Below are positions 1 through 11,830 of a stretch of DNA of 64,000 nt, piece after piece; position 1 is the first letter of the stretch; every line of letters starts with the position of its first letter. The position numbers were made by a program, and so were the translations under genes. The notes beneath the pieces are model-generated. The model did not search any database. It worked only from the letters and a program-made list of their open reading frames with translations, and had not been told where the DNA came from. The stretch comes from Laetmonice hystrix (taxonomy: Eukaryota), in assembly GCA_965235115.1 (NCBI GenBank), contig OZ249436.1, positions 37,326,001-37,390,000 of the forward strand, in the 5' to 3' direction.

Positions 1-1141
1 AATGAGGGGGAACTTGAAATCGTTACACTGGTTCAAATGGCGTCCAAATGCGCGACAACAGGTCAGACGGAGAACGACTGACCAATTTATGATAATTTGT
101 CCAGATTATATTTATCAGGGGGGAGATGTTCTCAGCTAAAAGGCACGTATTACCTATGATATCGTTTCTGTTTGACGTTGAAAGCGTTTGAGAAAGTATA
201 GGCCTAGATAGGAAGGAATTGTCAACATTGGAAGCTGTTATATTGATTGGTTTAAATCTCTTCTTATGATAATTACCACCATGATAGGCGATGGAAGTCG
301 TGATGATGACGACGTTAACAAAGTTATTTTTATCGTTTTTCCATGCTGAGAGACAGTCCACACTTTAGTACATGGCATGTCTGTCATACATCCATCAATG
401 CATAACCTTTGTCTCGCGATAACGTGATTCTTTGTCAGCATTTTCCGCTGTATGATCAATGCGTCATGTGCTAAAATTCTCCTGTCGAAAACGACGAGTA
501 TAGAATACAAGGTCTACAGATGCCGAACTGACGTGATTAGCCCCTTACATTCGCTTCACCTAAAAAGACACTTTGGTCTTAAGTGGCATGCACGGCAGGC
601 AAAGGCTTACGCTTCCAAGGTGACCCTTCCCGCTGAGGACGTGCGAACGTACTGGCAGGCGGAGCCGGAGGAGAGAAGGAGCTGGTGCCAGGGTTCCAAT
701 TGCACTAAGTTCCATATACGTGGACGTAAAATACATCATTGTAGAGACCTATACTGATTACGTTGAGATTAACGAGTCATTTAATCAATGGCAACATGTA
801 CAAAGATTTATGACCGATACGAATAGAAAGGCGTGTACAGCCGTTGATAATCATAATAAATTTGTATGTGGACGTACCACAAGCATAGTACCGACGGAAT
901 GATAATGCAACATAGTGGATTATAACGTATACAATATATATTAGCTACTTGGACTAAAATCAGAGAAAATGCACACCGGATGGCAAAACTACAGAAAATA
1001 TATTAGAATATAAACGACGTGCAGCACAAGGCTGTATAATGGTAACTGCTTGCAAACATATCCGGAAGTCTTAACCGTCGTACAGAAATACCACATCGGT
1101 GAAAATAAAAGTCTTCTATTAATATAGAACCCACTTGCTGA

Positions 1142-1502
1142 CAGGGTTTCCGCCAGAGGCTAAAATAGGTAAAATTCCGTACCCTAATTTTTTTCCAGGG
1201 TACGGATCCGTACCCTCAAAATCGTTGGGTAGTCTGGAGTTGGATAGCCCCCACCCCCCATAACACTGAAATTTTTCTCAACGGATTTGTATCGATCTCA
1301 AGAATGACCAAAATCACTTGAAAAAAATCAGAATTCCGCCATTCGGCGGAAGATTCTCATGCCTGTAAAAACTCCTGATGATGCCTCGAGCAATGGGGCC
1401 TGCGAGCGCATATATTTGGAATATAGATGGCAGCACTGGCGCTGGACCCCTCCTCTAGTCCGTACCCTAACGGCCTAATTTTATTTTCTGGCGGAAACCT
1501 TG
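1142..1502. mobile_element. Non-autonomous DNA transposon (MITE) with CAGGG-type (hAT-like) termini
   Basis: TIRs cagggtttccgccaga (1142) / tctggcggaaaccttg (to 1502); internal repeated ccgtaccct; flanked by direct GCTGA (1137-1141, 1503-1507). Confidence 0.75.
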
Positions 1503-4500
1503 GCTGAGGACGGTGGTCTGCCTTTTCATATATTTTCTTTAAGTTTATCGATACCAACAAAATCGGCTTGGTTAAGTTAACTCATGGCACGGCGGCACTT
1601 AGGCCTATCACTCGCTGGTTTCGTCATATTTCAGCAATTGTCTGTTTAAACCTTTGCGGATTTGAATGTTAGATGGACAGAATATCATGGATCGGGAAGG
1701 TCCCAACTGATAGATTTCCACCAGTTCTAATTATAACAGGAACGTTCTTTTCCAGTAGCCGAACCATGACCATAATTAAAACGTTACGACAACATGCTAT
1801 GACTAATGAGTAACTTACTTATAAGCCTTTCGGCAAAAGGTTATGTAATATTGAAGAGTATACGTAACGTCACACTCCCCCTCTTGTCTCATTGATATTG
1901 CATAGTCGACTACGTTATATAATACACGGCTTGGAGCTAAACCCAAGGTTGACGTCATTGCTCATTCAAAATTCTTTATCTTCTACTTCTAAGTTCTAGC
2001 TTTACTTACACTCCAAACTAAATTATAAACTTATAAAGTGATACACTAAAGACTACCCCCATATCAATCATCGGAGCGAAAAGCCGGTGATCCTACCATA
2101 TAACATCGGCCGAACCCAATACACCATGTTCCCGTCATTTATAGCAATGTAAATATAATTTAGCTAACACTGTTACTCGTCGGCAGCCAAGTGGAATTAC
2201 CGTCTGTCGAGTTTAACGTTAGTTTGGTGTCCGTTACGACGAAACATTGTCACTTCCTATTGGCACCCACTCAGGCGTGTGAATGTCCACCAGTCTGGTG
2301 ATTAATTACGTCGTGTGAAAGCACGTCTACTAATGGTGGCATCTGCTTAACAAAATTGCCGACCAACTAGGCCCGACAAATAAGTGGAAAAGATGACGTA
2401 AAAGGCTTACTCCGTGAGAGCCCGCCCGTTCCTAAGGATCGGTAAAAAGGAAGTGTACGACACTCAAAGTTCTACCTGTTGTAAAGTAATGTAATAGGCA
2501 AAAAGGATGTGGCGGTGGCCAGGTTTCCATTAGATTTTGGCTGCCACTTTGTGGGCAATAATATAATGTCCGATGGTGCGCCCAACCCCAGCGGTTCTGC
2601 CCTGCAGCTATGCGCTGTCCGCACTTCGAGACCCAGATGGTGGCTGGCTGCATTCTACTGATGAAACTGGTGAACTTGGGAGTCGTATCCAGTCGCCACC
2701 GACGTCTTCTAATCAGAAAGAATGGCCAAAAACAACTACTCCTCTCTTTAAGAAATGGAAAAAGACCCCCCCCCCCCCCTATTTGCTGAACAACGTCCAC
2801 GGCGCCCAAAACAGAACTATTTTTGGATACGGTACCACGCTGACGACCAAAATGACGTCAACGCTCTCCTGTTAATGATATATTGGGATGGAACATTCCA
2901 GCTTCCAAATCCAGGGGTACTGACTGGAGGTTGGGTTCAGGCATAGAGTTTTTATTACATCACGCTACCTGTTATATCTGCCTAAGTTTGCATACATGGT
3001 GGTGAATTTCAAAGACATATTCTCGTTATGTACAGACTTTGTCAAAGATTGTTTGGAAGGTTCGGTTGTACCAGCAGAAGGAAAGAAGAAAAGTGCAGAA
3101 GCTTTCTGTCAAAAGATTTCTGGTGCGATCAAAAAATAGAATAAAATTTGGCCTTTGTGCTGGGCGCCACGAATTATGCATTGTTCGATATAGTATCCCC
3201 ACAAATTTCCAGGTTGAACACTATTGTGCGCCTGTGCGCACATTATTAAGGGTAAAAGCAATGTAGCCTGAGCGTTTACCAGCAAATGGTATTGTATTGT
3301 TCCACAGGGACGATACTGACGTCGATATTTCCTAACGCGCCACCTTCTCTAACATAAAGAGGTGCATTCGTATAATAATATAATATAGTTAGTACTACCT
3401 TTGTGCCTCTCGTAAAGTTGACTGAGACTGAGTGACAGCAGTTGTATACATATATCTTACTTTTTTTGTAGGCGAAACCAAACGAACTAGGAGTTAGACG
3501 GATACACAGTTAGACGGACTGCACCAGTCATATTTTTACCTACACGTGTCAAATTGTGCACCAAACGCCCTCTCCTGTCGTATAGAATATTATTAATGTA
3601 CGTACCAGTTTGATCCTATAAAAATCATGGCTTTACGTGCTCCAGATGAAATTCTTTATAACATATCCACCAAACCATGCAACAAATGTAGATATGCGAT
3701 ATGATTTTCATGGCACATAATTTGTTCGGGATTCACATGCTGAAGTCACATGATGGCGAGGTTTTACTTCAAGTTCTTTTACCAGAGAAGACACAGAAAT
3801 CAACATTTAAAATCTCTCCCCACAACCTTTTATGCGGGTAGGGCAAGCACAGAACACATGCGCCAAGTAACACCGTTAAAGTAAGCGGTTAGCGAGTTGA
3901 GGCTACATTATGGAAGAACATTCAGTATACTGTTACAGTGTATACTCGGAGGGTTCATATAACCATAGTCAGTCAGTGCTGCACAACCTGACGCCTCAGA
4001 TCGTCACGCAATACAGCTTCCCGGCTGCTTTCATCTGAGACCACAGATAAGTGCAGCTAGTTCCTTCACGGGCTATAAACTATACGGATAGCACCGTACG
4101 TATTATTTGTACAATACGTTATAGTATATGCACTGCCACAAGGACCCGTATGCCCACCCCACAGCCCCTCCATCAACACCCCCCTCCCCCGTATCGTTCC
4201 CCGGTGACATTCAGCCCCCACCCCCACCCCCACCCCCACCAGCCCACGGACGGAGTAAGGTCACCTTCCGTGTCGGCGCACCTGTATTACTGGAAGAAGA
4301 CCATACTGTGACGTCTATCGCACCTTTACATTACATATAACCGAGGATACACCCACATGCCATATGATAAACTGTTATATGAAATGAGAAAGGAAGGCCA
4401 CAATGTGATTCCAGAAAATATTGTTAGACGGTGTATGGAAAGCTACATGTTATATAAGGACGCTTGCTTTTAAGATTCAGTGTTTTAAACTACGTGAATG

Positions 4501-6151
4501 CAGTACATTTATTTCTACACTCCAGCATCGATCAAAACAAAAAGGGAACATCTCATCTGAGACTGTGAGTTGCCCACGTGCCAATACCTGAGGGCATTCT
4601 TTGTGTCAGCGCATGCGCATACAAAATGGAAAAGTTTGGCAGCCACAAGGTCCAGGATGTGGCAGACAGAGAGCCTAAAGAACGCGAATTAATTGTTTTA
4701 CTTTGATGAATGACGCACGCGTGTATAACCGTGAGATTGTGCAATGCCTGTGTTTCTAAATCTGCTCTCATCATGTGCTTCGGTTGGTGGGGTTTCCCTT
4801 TAATATGGAGTGCCGAGATCATCGAATGTGTCACTATAGTCGCTCCATCAATGTCAACGTAAATTTATGGCATGACAAAGCACTAAACTAAAGCATGTAC
4901 ATGGGAGAAGTTTTCACGGCAAGTTATTCTGATAAGTGCTGTTTACTTGCTTGCATGAGTATAACGTGAAACGGTCTGTCCTGCAGCGAATACATTTATA
5001 GACTGCTGTGGTTGTGTTGGATCCTGTCATTCAGCGCACCGAAAAGTGTTGTGTTTGATTTTTGTTTGTTTTTGGACGATTGTTTGTGAAGAGAAAGGCC
5101 CCTTTCCTATGCACTTGGTTCTCGTTCATTATGTCATCGTCACCGACGAATTGAAGAAATGTAATTTTTTTTATTCTTCCTGGATAAATAAGGTCGATCA
5201 ACAGCACGTAAAAATAAATAAAAAAAATTAATCAGTCTTTTGTTTGCGTAAAGTCGCTGGTTTTGAACAATTTAAATTGAACGTTTTCGCTTTCACCGGG
5301 ATTTCGAGACCATCAGTCTCCACGGGGAAGCCTGCTGGTCTGGCGGGAAAAACACTCGACTTGACTTCCACCTTTGCGTTTTTACCATCTTACTACTGCT
5401 GTTTGTATACAATGTACTGCTGGAGTCCCTCGCTGTGCTCTACTTGATAACCCGCCAATGGCTAGCCGTATTCGCCTCACACAGACCTGCGAACTAAAAA
5501 AACGACTTTCAAACGCATGCTCAGCGTCAAGTGGGATTGCGATGTTTCGTGTCGGCTTCGCATTTCAATATATCACCGCAAAGGGCTGACATGTAGGGCT
5601 ACAGTCGCTTACAATGTGCCACGATGTTGTGCCAGCAGATTTAATCAGCGTGAACGTGTCTGGCTAGATTGTGTATCGTGGCAGGTGCGCCTTCAACTTC
5701 TCATTGTACATCTCATCCCGATGTAATGTTACTTCACCGCGTGACGCTTCTAAATTAGAGTTTACGTAGACGCTCCACACAGCGGCGCACCCGGCTACAG
5801 GAACATTACCTGCTATGGTGAATCATTTCCTTATACTACTTACAACCTTCGCGACTTGGCTCGATACAACATACAGTCTCGGTCTTTTTCGGTCGTAACG
5901 TGTGAGGTTACTTTTCTTTAATTCCTCTTCAGATGTCTGTCTAATCTGCAAGGAAATCCTTACGAGATTCTAGGTGTTTCTATTAAAATTACCAGTGCTT
6001 TAAGAATCACCATAAAGCCCATCAAAGGAAGAAAGACCATCATGGTCGCAGCTTTCTCTGTGCACCCGTAATAAAAAAAACTGACGGAGTCCTTCTTGCA
6101 CTTTCATCGCTAAACCAATAAGTATGGAATAAAGTGGAAAAAAACACTTAC

Positions 6152-7128
6152 CTAAAATTACTGCACGGATGGATCACCCAGTTACCGGCTGCTTTTTGCC
6201 TCATCTTCTCTTTCATTAATGCATTCTTGTTACCAAAGAGTTTCATTGCCAGTTTATTATCCGAAGGTTGGAAGAACGATATAATTTGATCCTTCAAATA
6301 ACTTGTAGAACTGGACGCCTTACAGTCAACCTCCTTGAGAGGGGACAGTTCCTCCTTCGGAGTGCCATACAAACTTACATCATCTCCTATAAAATGTATA
6401 CGCGCCTCTCTCCTGTAATTTTTATCCGGGCTTAGATAATCCGACATGATGGATTCCCTATCCTCATCCATTGTTATCGTTATGGTGGGATTATGTTCCT
6501 GGTTAGGCGTGTTAGGTTCGGAATCGTAATTTTTGTTTGACCTTATTGAGCCCATTCTGGTACGTTTCAGTTTCAAACTTGGAAACCTTTTGATGCCGAC
6601 CCCCTTACCGTTGGCGACGCGCGTTCTGAGCGGAGAGGGCGGAGGAGTTATGGCTCGGTCGATCTGAGGCACGTTGTTTTCGTCCGTCGGAATCAGCTCT
6701 CGGCTGTTATACACTCGATCTGCCGACGTTCGCTTCCGTAACTTTTCATGCCAGATGCCCTCGGCGCTGTCGTACTTGTCTCGACCGACATGGCCAATGC
6801 TCGAGTCCCTGGAGTCCGTTGTGTGCGGCGTGCTGGCTACCGTGCTTGCCGTTACATATCTCTCCCGCGTGTTGGCCAGGCCATCCTTGCTGTTATAACA
6901 CTTATCAGTCGACGAGCTGTTATCAATCGACGTCCGGCTGCTACTATAACTGCTGGTCGCTGTGTTAGTACCTGCAGTACGTTCAGGCTCCGAGCTTGCC
7001 CTCTCGAGGGGGGGTCGGGTTATGTGTTGGTATGACCGACCCCGCATGGCCTGTGGTAGTTTGGGCGGACCCGGAGCCGTGGCGATGGAGTTCGTGTCCA
7101 TTTTACTCATGGGTGGTGACACATCCAT
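6152..7128 (-). CDS. HCN: First coding exon of an HCN/Ih hyperpolarization-activated cyclic nucleotide-gated cation channel (long N-terminus plus HCN-domain region, up to ...HPCSNFR)
   Basis: ORF ends in SFFQPSDNKLAMKLFGNKNALMKEKMRQKAAGNWVIHPCSNFR, the HCN pre-S1 signature, preceded by SLYGTPKEE as in invertebrate Ih proteins. The ORF 'stop' is really the donor AG|GTAAGT at 6152/6151. An in-frame TGA lies just upstream of the ATG at 7128. Confidence 0.92.
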
Positions 7129-7148
7129 TTTCTTTTCTACTCAATGGA

Positions 7149-7172
7149 CTGAAAGAAAAAAGAAAAGACATA
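7149..7172 (-). other. Splice acceptor (polypyrimidine tract + CAG) 20 nt upstream of the HCN ATG
   Basis: Minus strand reads a long pyrimidine tract ending ...ctttcag|tccattg; exon would start at 7148. Confidence 0.7.
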
Positions 7173-8205
7173 TGACAGTGCGCACCGCGTGCAACCAGTC
7201 ACCCCTACTTTTGCCGTCGAATGGTTCGTTCCTCACCTGGCCCCAAGACAACCAAAGTGCTGATCGTTGAACAACCGCTAGGGCCTTCCCACTTTTACAG
7301 TAGCGTCACCTACCTTTGAACGAGAAAAGCTTTGCGAAAGAATCTGGGGTTACCCGTTTACAGGTGCATTTAATTTTATCCTAAACGTAGCCACTCGTTT
7401 CTTACGACACGCATCAATGAATACCATAATGAAGAACATTTTTCCCCAAAAAAGCGCGCCTTAGAGTTAGAACTGATGTCGCCACAACTTTCAACCAATA
7501 GGGTTTGCGGTTACACACATCTTGAGTTGTCAAGGGGCATCGCGCATCCTGCCTTCTACCCCTTGAGCTCAGCCCAGGCTAAACTGCCCGAGGTTGACCT
7601 TAAGGTCAACGTTATGATTAATAGGACCTCGCATCGTCGTCATACACCAACACTGAACGGTCCTCACCGTAGGCTTACTTCTCCCGAAAATGCCAGATAG
7701 CTTTGCCCAGTTCGCTGATAAACAAATGTGTCCCTGCAATACAGTTTGTAGCACTCTTGTCTTGACTAATTGATACGGGTTAACACGCGAAATTCCAAAT
7801 TTTAGCTCCCCTGATTTCAGCATCGGCTGGCATCCAAACACCGGCCTGCTCAGCCCGGTGTCGCCGGCGCTGGCTGTCGGTCTCGGCCTCTGCCGTGCCC
7901 TTGGGTTAAGGTTAAAGGTTGGGATAGGGGTATAGTTGTGTGTGCCCTGTCAACTCACGGATGTTCCTCCTACTGTCAGGATTAAATGTCTACCCGTTGC
8001 TGCTATCGTTGGCTTCGCCATATTGCTTCGACAACAATTTAACTTTTACTGGGGACGTTCCTATTGGCTAACCGGAAATGCAAGCTAATTTTTATGAATC
8101 GCGCCTCAGGCAGTGCTGTAATCTGATTGGTGCTTGCGGTACTGCAAGTAGGCCGCAAGGAGAATAACTAGGTGGAAAGCAGATGACGCTGCGAAGTACT
8201 CTCCA

Positions 8206-8565
8206 GTGCCTCGGCCTATGAGTGAACAGTTTAAAAAGTCAATCAGATATCAAGGCCCGGTTTATTGGAACAAACTACCAACCAGAATACGATCATTGAC
8301 GGATAAGAATGATTTTAAAACTGCAATTAAAAACTTTTACTTTGAAATATTTTTAACATAATTATGACCAACGATGAGTGATTTATGAAATCGTTATTAT
8401 TAGGTTGCTCGTCTGATAGTGGTTGTACCTGTATGTATTACTTGTCTAGAATCTGTATTTGTTCATTAAACTGTATGTTCGCCTGTACATATATTATGTT
8501 ATAGATAGGATCCTGCATTTATGATGGCGTCTTATAGCCGAGCGGGATATCCTGTTTTTTTTTTA
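8206..8565 (+). mobile_element. Extreme 3' fragment of a non-LTR retrotransposon (ORF2 C-terminus + 3'UTR)
   Basis: Translates VPRPMSEQFKKSIRYQGPVYWNKLPTRIRSLTDKNDFKTAIKNFYFEIFLT* (stop 8359-8361), aligning by eye with the C-terminus of the RT ORF at 17.8 kb (FYNRSPMHRGLKLWDRLHTDVQS...FKRAI); AT-rich UTR follows. Confidence 0.7.
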
Positions 8566-9409
8566 AAGTGCTCTAGCAAAATCAGTTTTCAATATTTATA
8601 TTTGAAATTTGGCAAATACATAGTCGATGGGGAGTTCTTTTAGGAAAATATTATAAAAGTGCCCAATTTTTATTCGATTTTTAATGAAGTCTCATCAAAA
8701 TAGCAAAAATATGAAAATTTGGAATTGGACCCCAAATTATTATGAAAAATTGTCACTCATGTGTACATATCCCAAGAAATGGCTTTTAGAAATTAAAAGT
8801 ACATCATTCATACTCCATTTTAAAACAACCAGTCACCCTGAAGAACGAAGGCGCCTGCTGCCAGGTGGCGCTGAAGTAGACCAAATTGGGCAATTTTGAC
8901 AACTTTAACGCCACCTGGTGGCTTGCGCATGCGCAATCCCAATGTTTTTTACCTGTAATGGGTAGCCCTACCTATCACCTATTTAATGTAATAATAAAAG
9001 GCTTGGGATAAGGAACCCGCAAGGAGCACAAGGGGGCCAAAAAGTGAAAAAAATGGCTTTCAGCCATATTACAGTGCCCCCTATTGGTCACGCCAATTAT
9101 ATCCCAGACCGAAAATCGCTGAATCCACAGACCGTCATCCATATAATAGAAATATCAAAATATAATGTTGGGATAAAGATGGCGCAAGAAATAAAAGCCA
9201 TTTGAAAATCACATTTTGGTTTTTGGCCCTTTTTAGGTCTGACCTTGAATGACCTCTAGCACCCAAACGAGGCAGCGTCGGGCCGAAAAAATCTGGCATT
9301 TTTCTAGGCTTGGTACAGACATCACATCACCAAATTTTCAACAAAATTGGCGAAGGTGACTATCACACCCTCAATGGTAACTGCCTGAACTTCTCAGACA
9401 ATGGCTCTT
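8566..9409. mobile_element. Partial DNA-transposon-like element (only one terminus recognisable)
   Basis: Ends in ttctcagacaatggctc (9391-9407), the exact reverse complement of gagccattgtctgagaa at 30394-30410; lies between two pieces of a repeat that is contiguous at 45.3 kb. Confidence 0.45.
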
Positions 9410-10349
9410 ATAAAAAAAAAATATGATTAATAAAAAAATTAAAAAATAGGCGGGCTGCTGTCGTGTGGGGATCAATGGAAGCGGTTCAACCCCGAGCGTA
9501 GGTTGAATGTCAGTGATTTTTCAGTGACCCGTATACGGTTCCTTCGGTTCACGTCCTCGGAGAGCCACGTGGTTGGCGCGTGTGATTGAAAATGTATCCA
9601 AGTCAGCCAAACATGCTTGAAGACACGCAAGGTCCGCGTTAAGAACCTACGCTTTGATTAGTGTTTAAAAGGGGGCGACCCCGGCCATGTTAGCCCCCAC
9701 AGCGGACGGAATGCCATGAAAGGGTCACTGCTATTAACCAATTACTGCGCCTTCTGGAGACGAGATGAGATGGAGACTCGGGCCTATTCATACCGGAGTT
9801 ACAAGGGATAACACATCCGGTCGGCATCATTCTTGTCAAGTTTGAAGGTCAATATTGGTCAGCATAAACGCTGTGCAGACTCGGCAGACAAGGATTGTCC
9901 CGCGTGCCGTAGTCCACACTAATAGAAAAAAAGATCATGATCAGGAATCCGATTAAAACGTTGTGAATAGGAATTAGATTTAAAATATTTGATTTATTCG
10001 GGATTTGATAATGACACGTTTCATTATGTGAACCGTCACTCAAGAGGAGGTAAAGGAATAACAGTAACGTAAACAGGTTTCATGAGAATAATTTCAATAA
10101 GACATTGGTCTGTTGTTTGGGTTTGATGTTGTTGAACATTTGTTGTTGTTTTGGGTGTGTTTTTAGTGTGTGCGTGTTTGTTTTGGGTGTCCTATTTATT
10201 TTGGGGTGGGGGTGGGGTGGGAGTGGGGGTTATCCACGGTGACAATATAAAAGTTTAATACAAGACTACCTCAGTCAGTCCTGAACGAACTCAGATCACC
10301 CAGAGATTGGCACCTGAAAAATTTATCACATTTAAGTGACCAGGCGCGA

Positions 10350-10424
10350 AGGGGAATCAATCCCACAGGGGAGAAGCGGTGTGATCATGAACCCGAGGCT
10401 GAGATCACTGCGCCACCGGAGCCA
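10350..10424 (-). mobile_element. Degenerate tRNA-derived SINE head
   Basis: Minus strand ggctccggTGGCGCAGTGatc...gggattgattcccc: A-box and decayed B-box; shares gcggtgtga with the 11.6-kb SINE. Confidence 0.4.
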
Positions 10425-11552
10425 CACCACAGCTGACAACACACTGTTCACTGCTGACTGTATTAACTTTATTAATTCAGTCGTCACATATCATAATTAG
10501 ATATTGACTACAAGAATCAATAAACTCTCATGATATTCTGTTACCACATACTACGAGTAGACAGCTGTGAAATTTTTCCTAATGTAGAAAAATGAATAAA
10601 ACTAGCTGCAACGTCAGCAAAGTGCGATGAATCCGCCATTTTGGCCCCCTTTGGCTGCCGCGAATCGTTTGAACGGGTCCCATGATCACGTGACTCTCGC
10701 TGTGATTACTCGAGATGTACACGGGACCATAATGGCCCATCTGCCGATCGTTTTTTTTTTTTTTTACAAAAACCGGCCAAAGCTACATAAACAGGTAGGG
10801 GACCTTTGGGGCATATCAGAGAACCGCAATGCAGACATATTTTTGCTGAAACACGAGGTATTATTTGAAATTCGTGACATATTACCTTTAACTTAACTTG
10901 TCTTAAGGCGCAGAATGGCGCTTAACAAAAGGCAAGTAAATTGTAAATTAAGAATCGATTCAAAATAACTGAGAAAGAAACATCCTACTATTATACTACT
11001 GGCAACTTACACATTTAGGGTCAGTCCTAGCTATAGCCTAGGGTCTGGGTTATGTTAGACATGATGAAGACCAGTAGTTGGGAGGTGATGGGCCTCAGAA
11101 TGTTCACCATGCAGATTGCACCAAATTAACCCTTTTTTCAAAAATTTTATCAAGCGGAACCCTTCGCGCGTCACAATTATAATTTATACGTACCGATCTG
11201 GCACTATAACTGGAAGTTACTCCCACGTTGATATTTTCTTCTAACGAAAACAGTTTTAATATTATGCTGGTGCGAGGTGATGCTAAGATGCCTTGTTTAT
11301 TTGGAGCATTCAGTCCCCCCCCCCCCATGGCATTTTATTCTATGAATATTCCATTTTCAATTACTCTCGCTGTTAACCTTGCGTCAGCATCACAAAGAAT
11401 TTTTTTTAAAGACTTAGTTAGTAGAGCAATTTCATTAAATTCACAAGTCATCGGGTTTCAATTAATTGTTACCCGGCGACCAAGCCAAGGAGCTTCCCAA
11501 GAGAGATGAACATCCAGCCAGCTTCTTTAGTTTAATAAATGTCCACTAGGTG

Positions 11553-11830
11553 GGTGGGTGGGTGGGTGGGTGGGTATTTGGGGTTTTACGCCTTGCAACA
11601 GCCAGGGTCATATCACGGCGGTGAAGATGATGATGAAAGTCAGTTTTTCTTGGTGGAGGAAACCGGAGTACCCGGAGGAAACCACTGACCATCGGGAAGG
11701 AACTGACTGACAAACCTTTCACACATGCAGCCCAGGCCGGGGATCGAACTCGGATCGCAGCGGTGTGAGGCGATGGTCCTAGGCGTCATGAGCCAACACC
11801 TTAGACTATTCGGCCACCCGAGGCCCCCTC
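11553..11830 (-). mobile_element. Full-length tRNA-derived SINE (V-/Meta-SINE-like core) with (ACCC)n tail
   Basis: Minus strand: A-box TGGCCGAATAG, B-box GAGTTCGATCC, core ctccgggtactccggtttcctccacc, (accc)n tail; 11-bp TSD tccactaggtg at 11542-11552 and 11831-11841. Confidence 0.88.

Noticed and set aside
4128..4340. Proline-rich ORF with KVTF motif
   Set aside because: Driven by C-rich low complexity, antisense within the HCN intron, no recognisable homology
6148..6151. Stop codon of the 326-aa ORF
   Set aside because: TAA lies within the GTAAGT splice donor; the protein continues in a downstream exon
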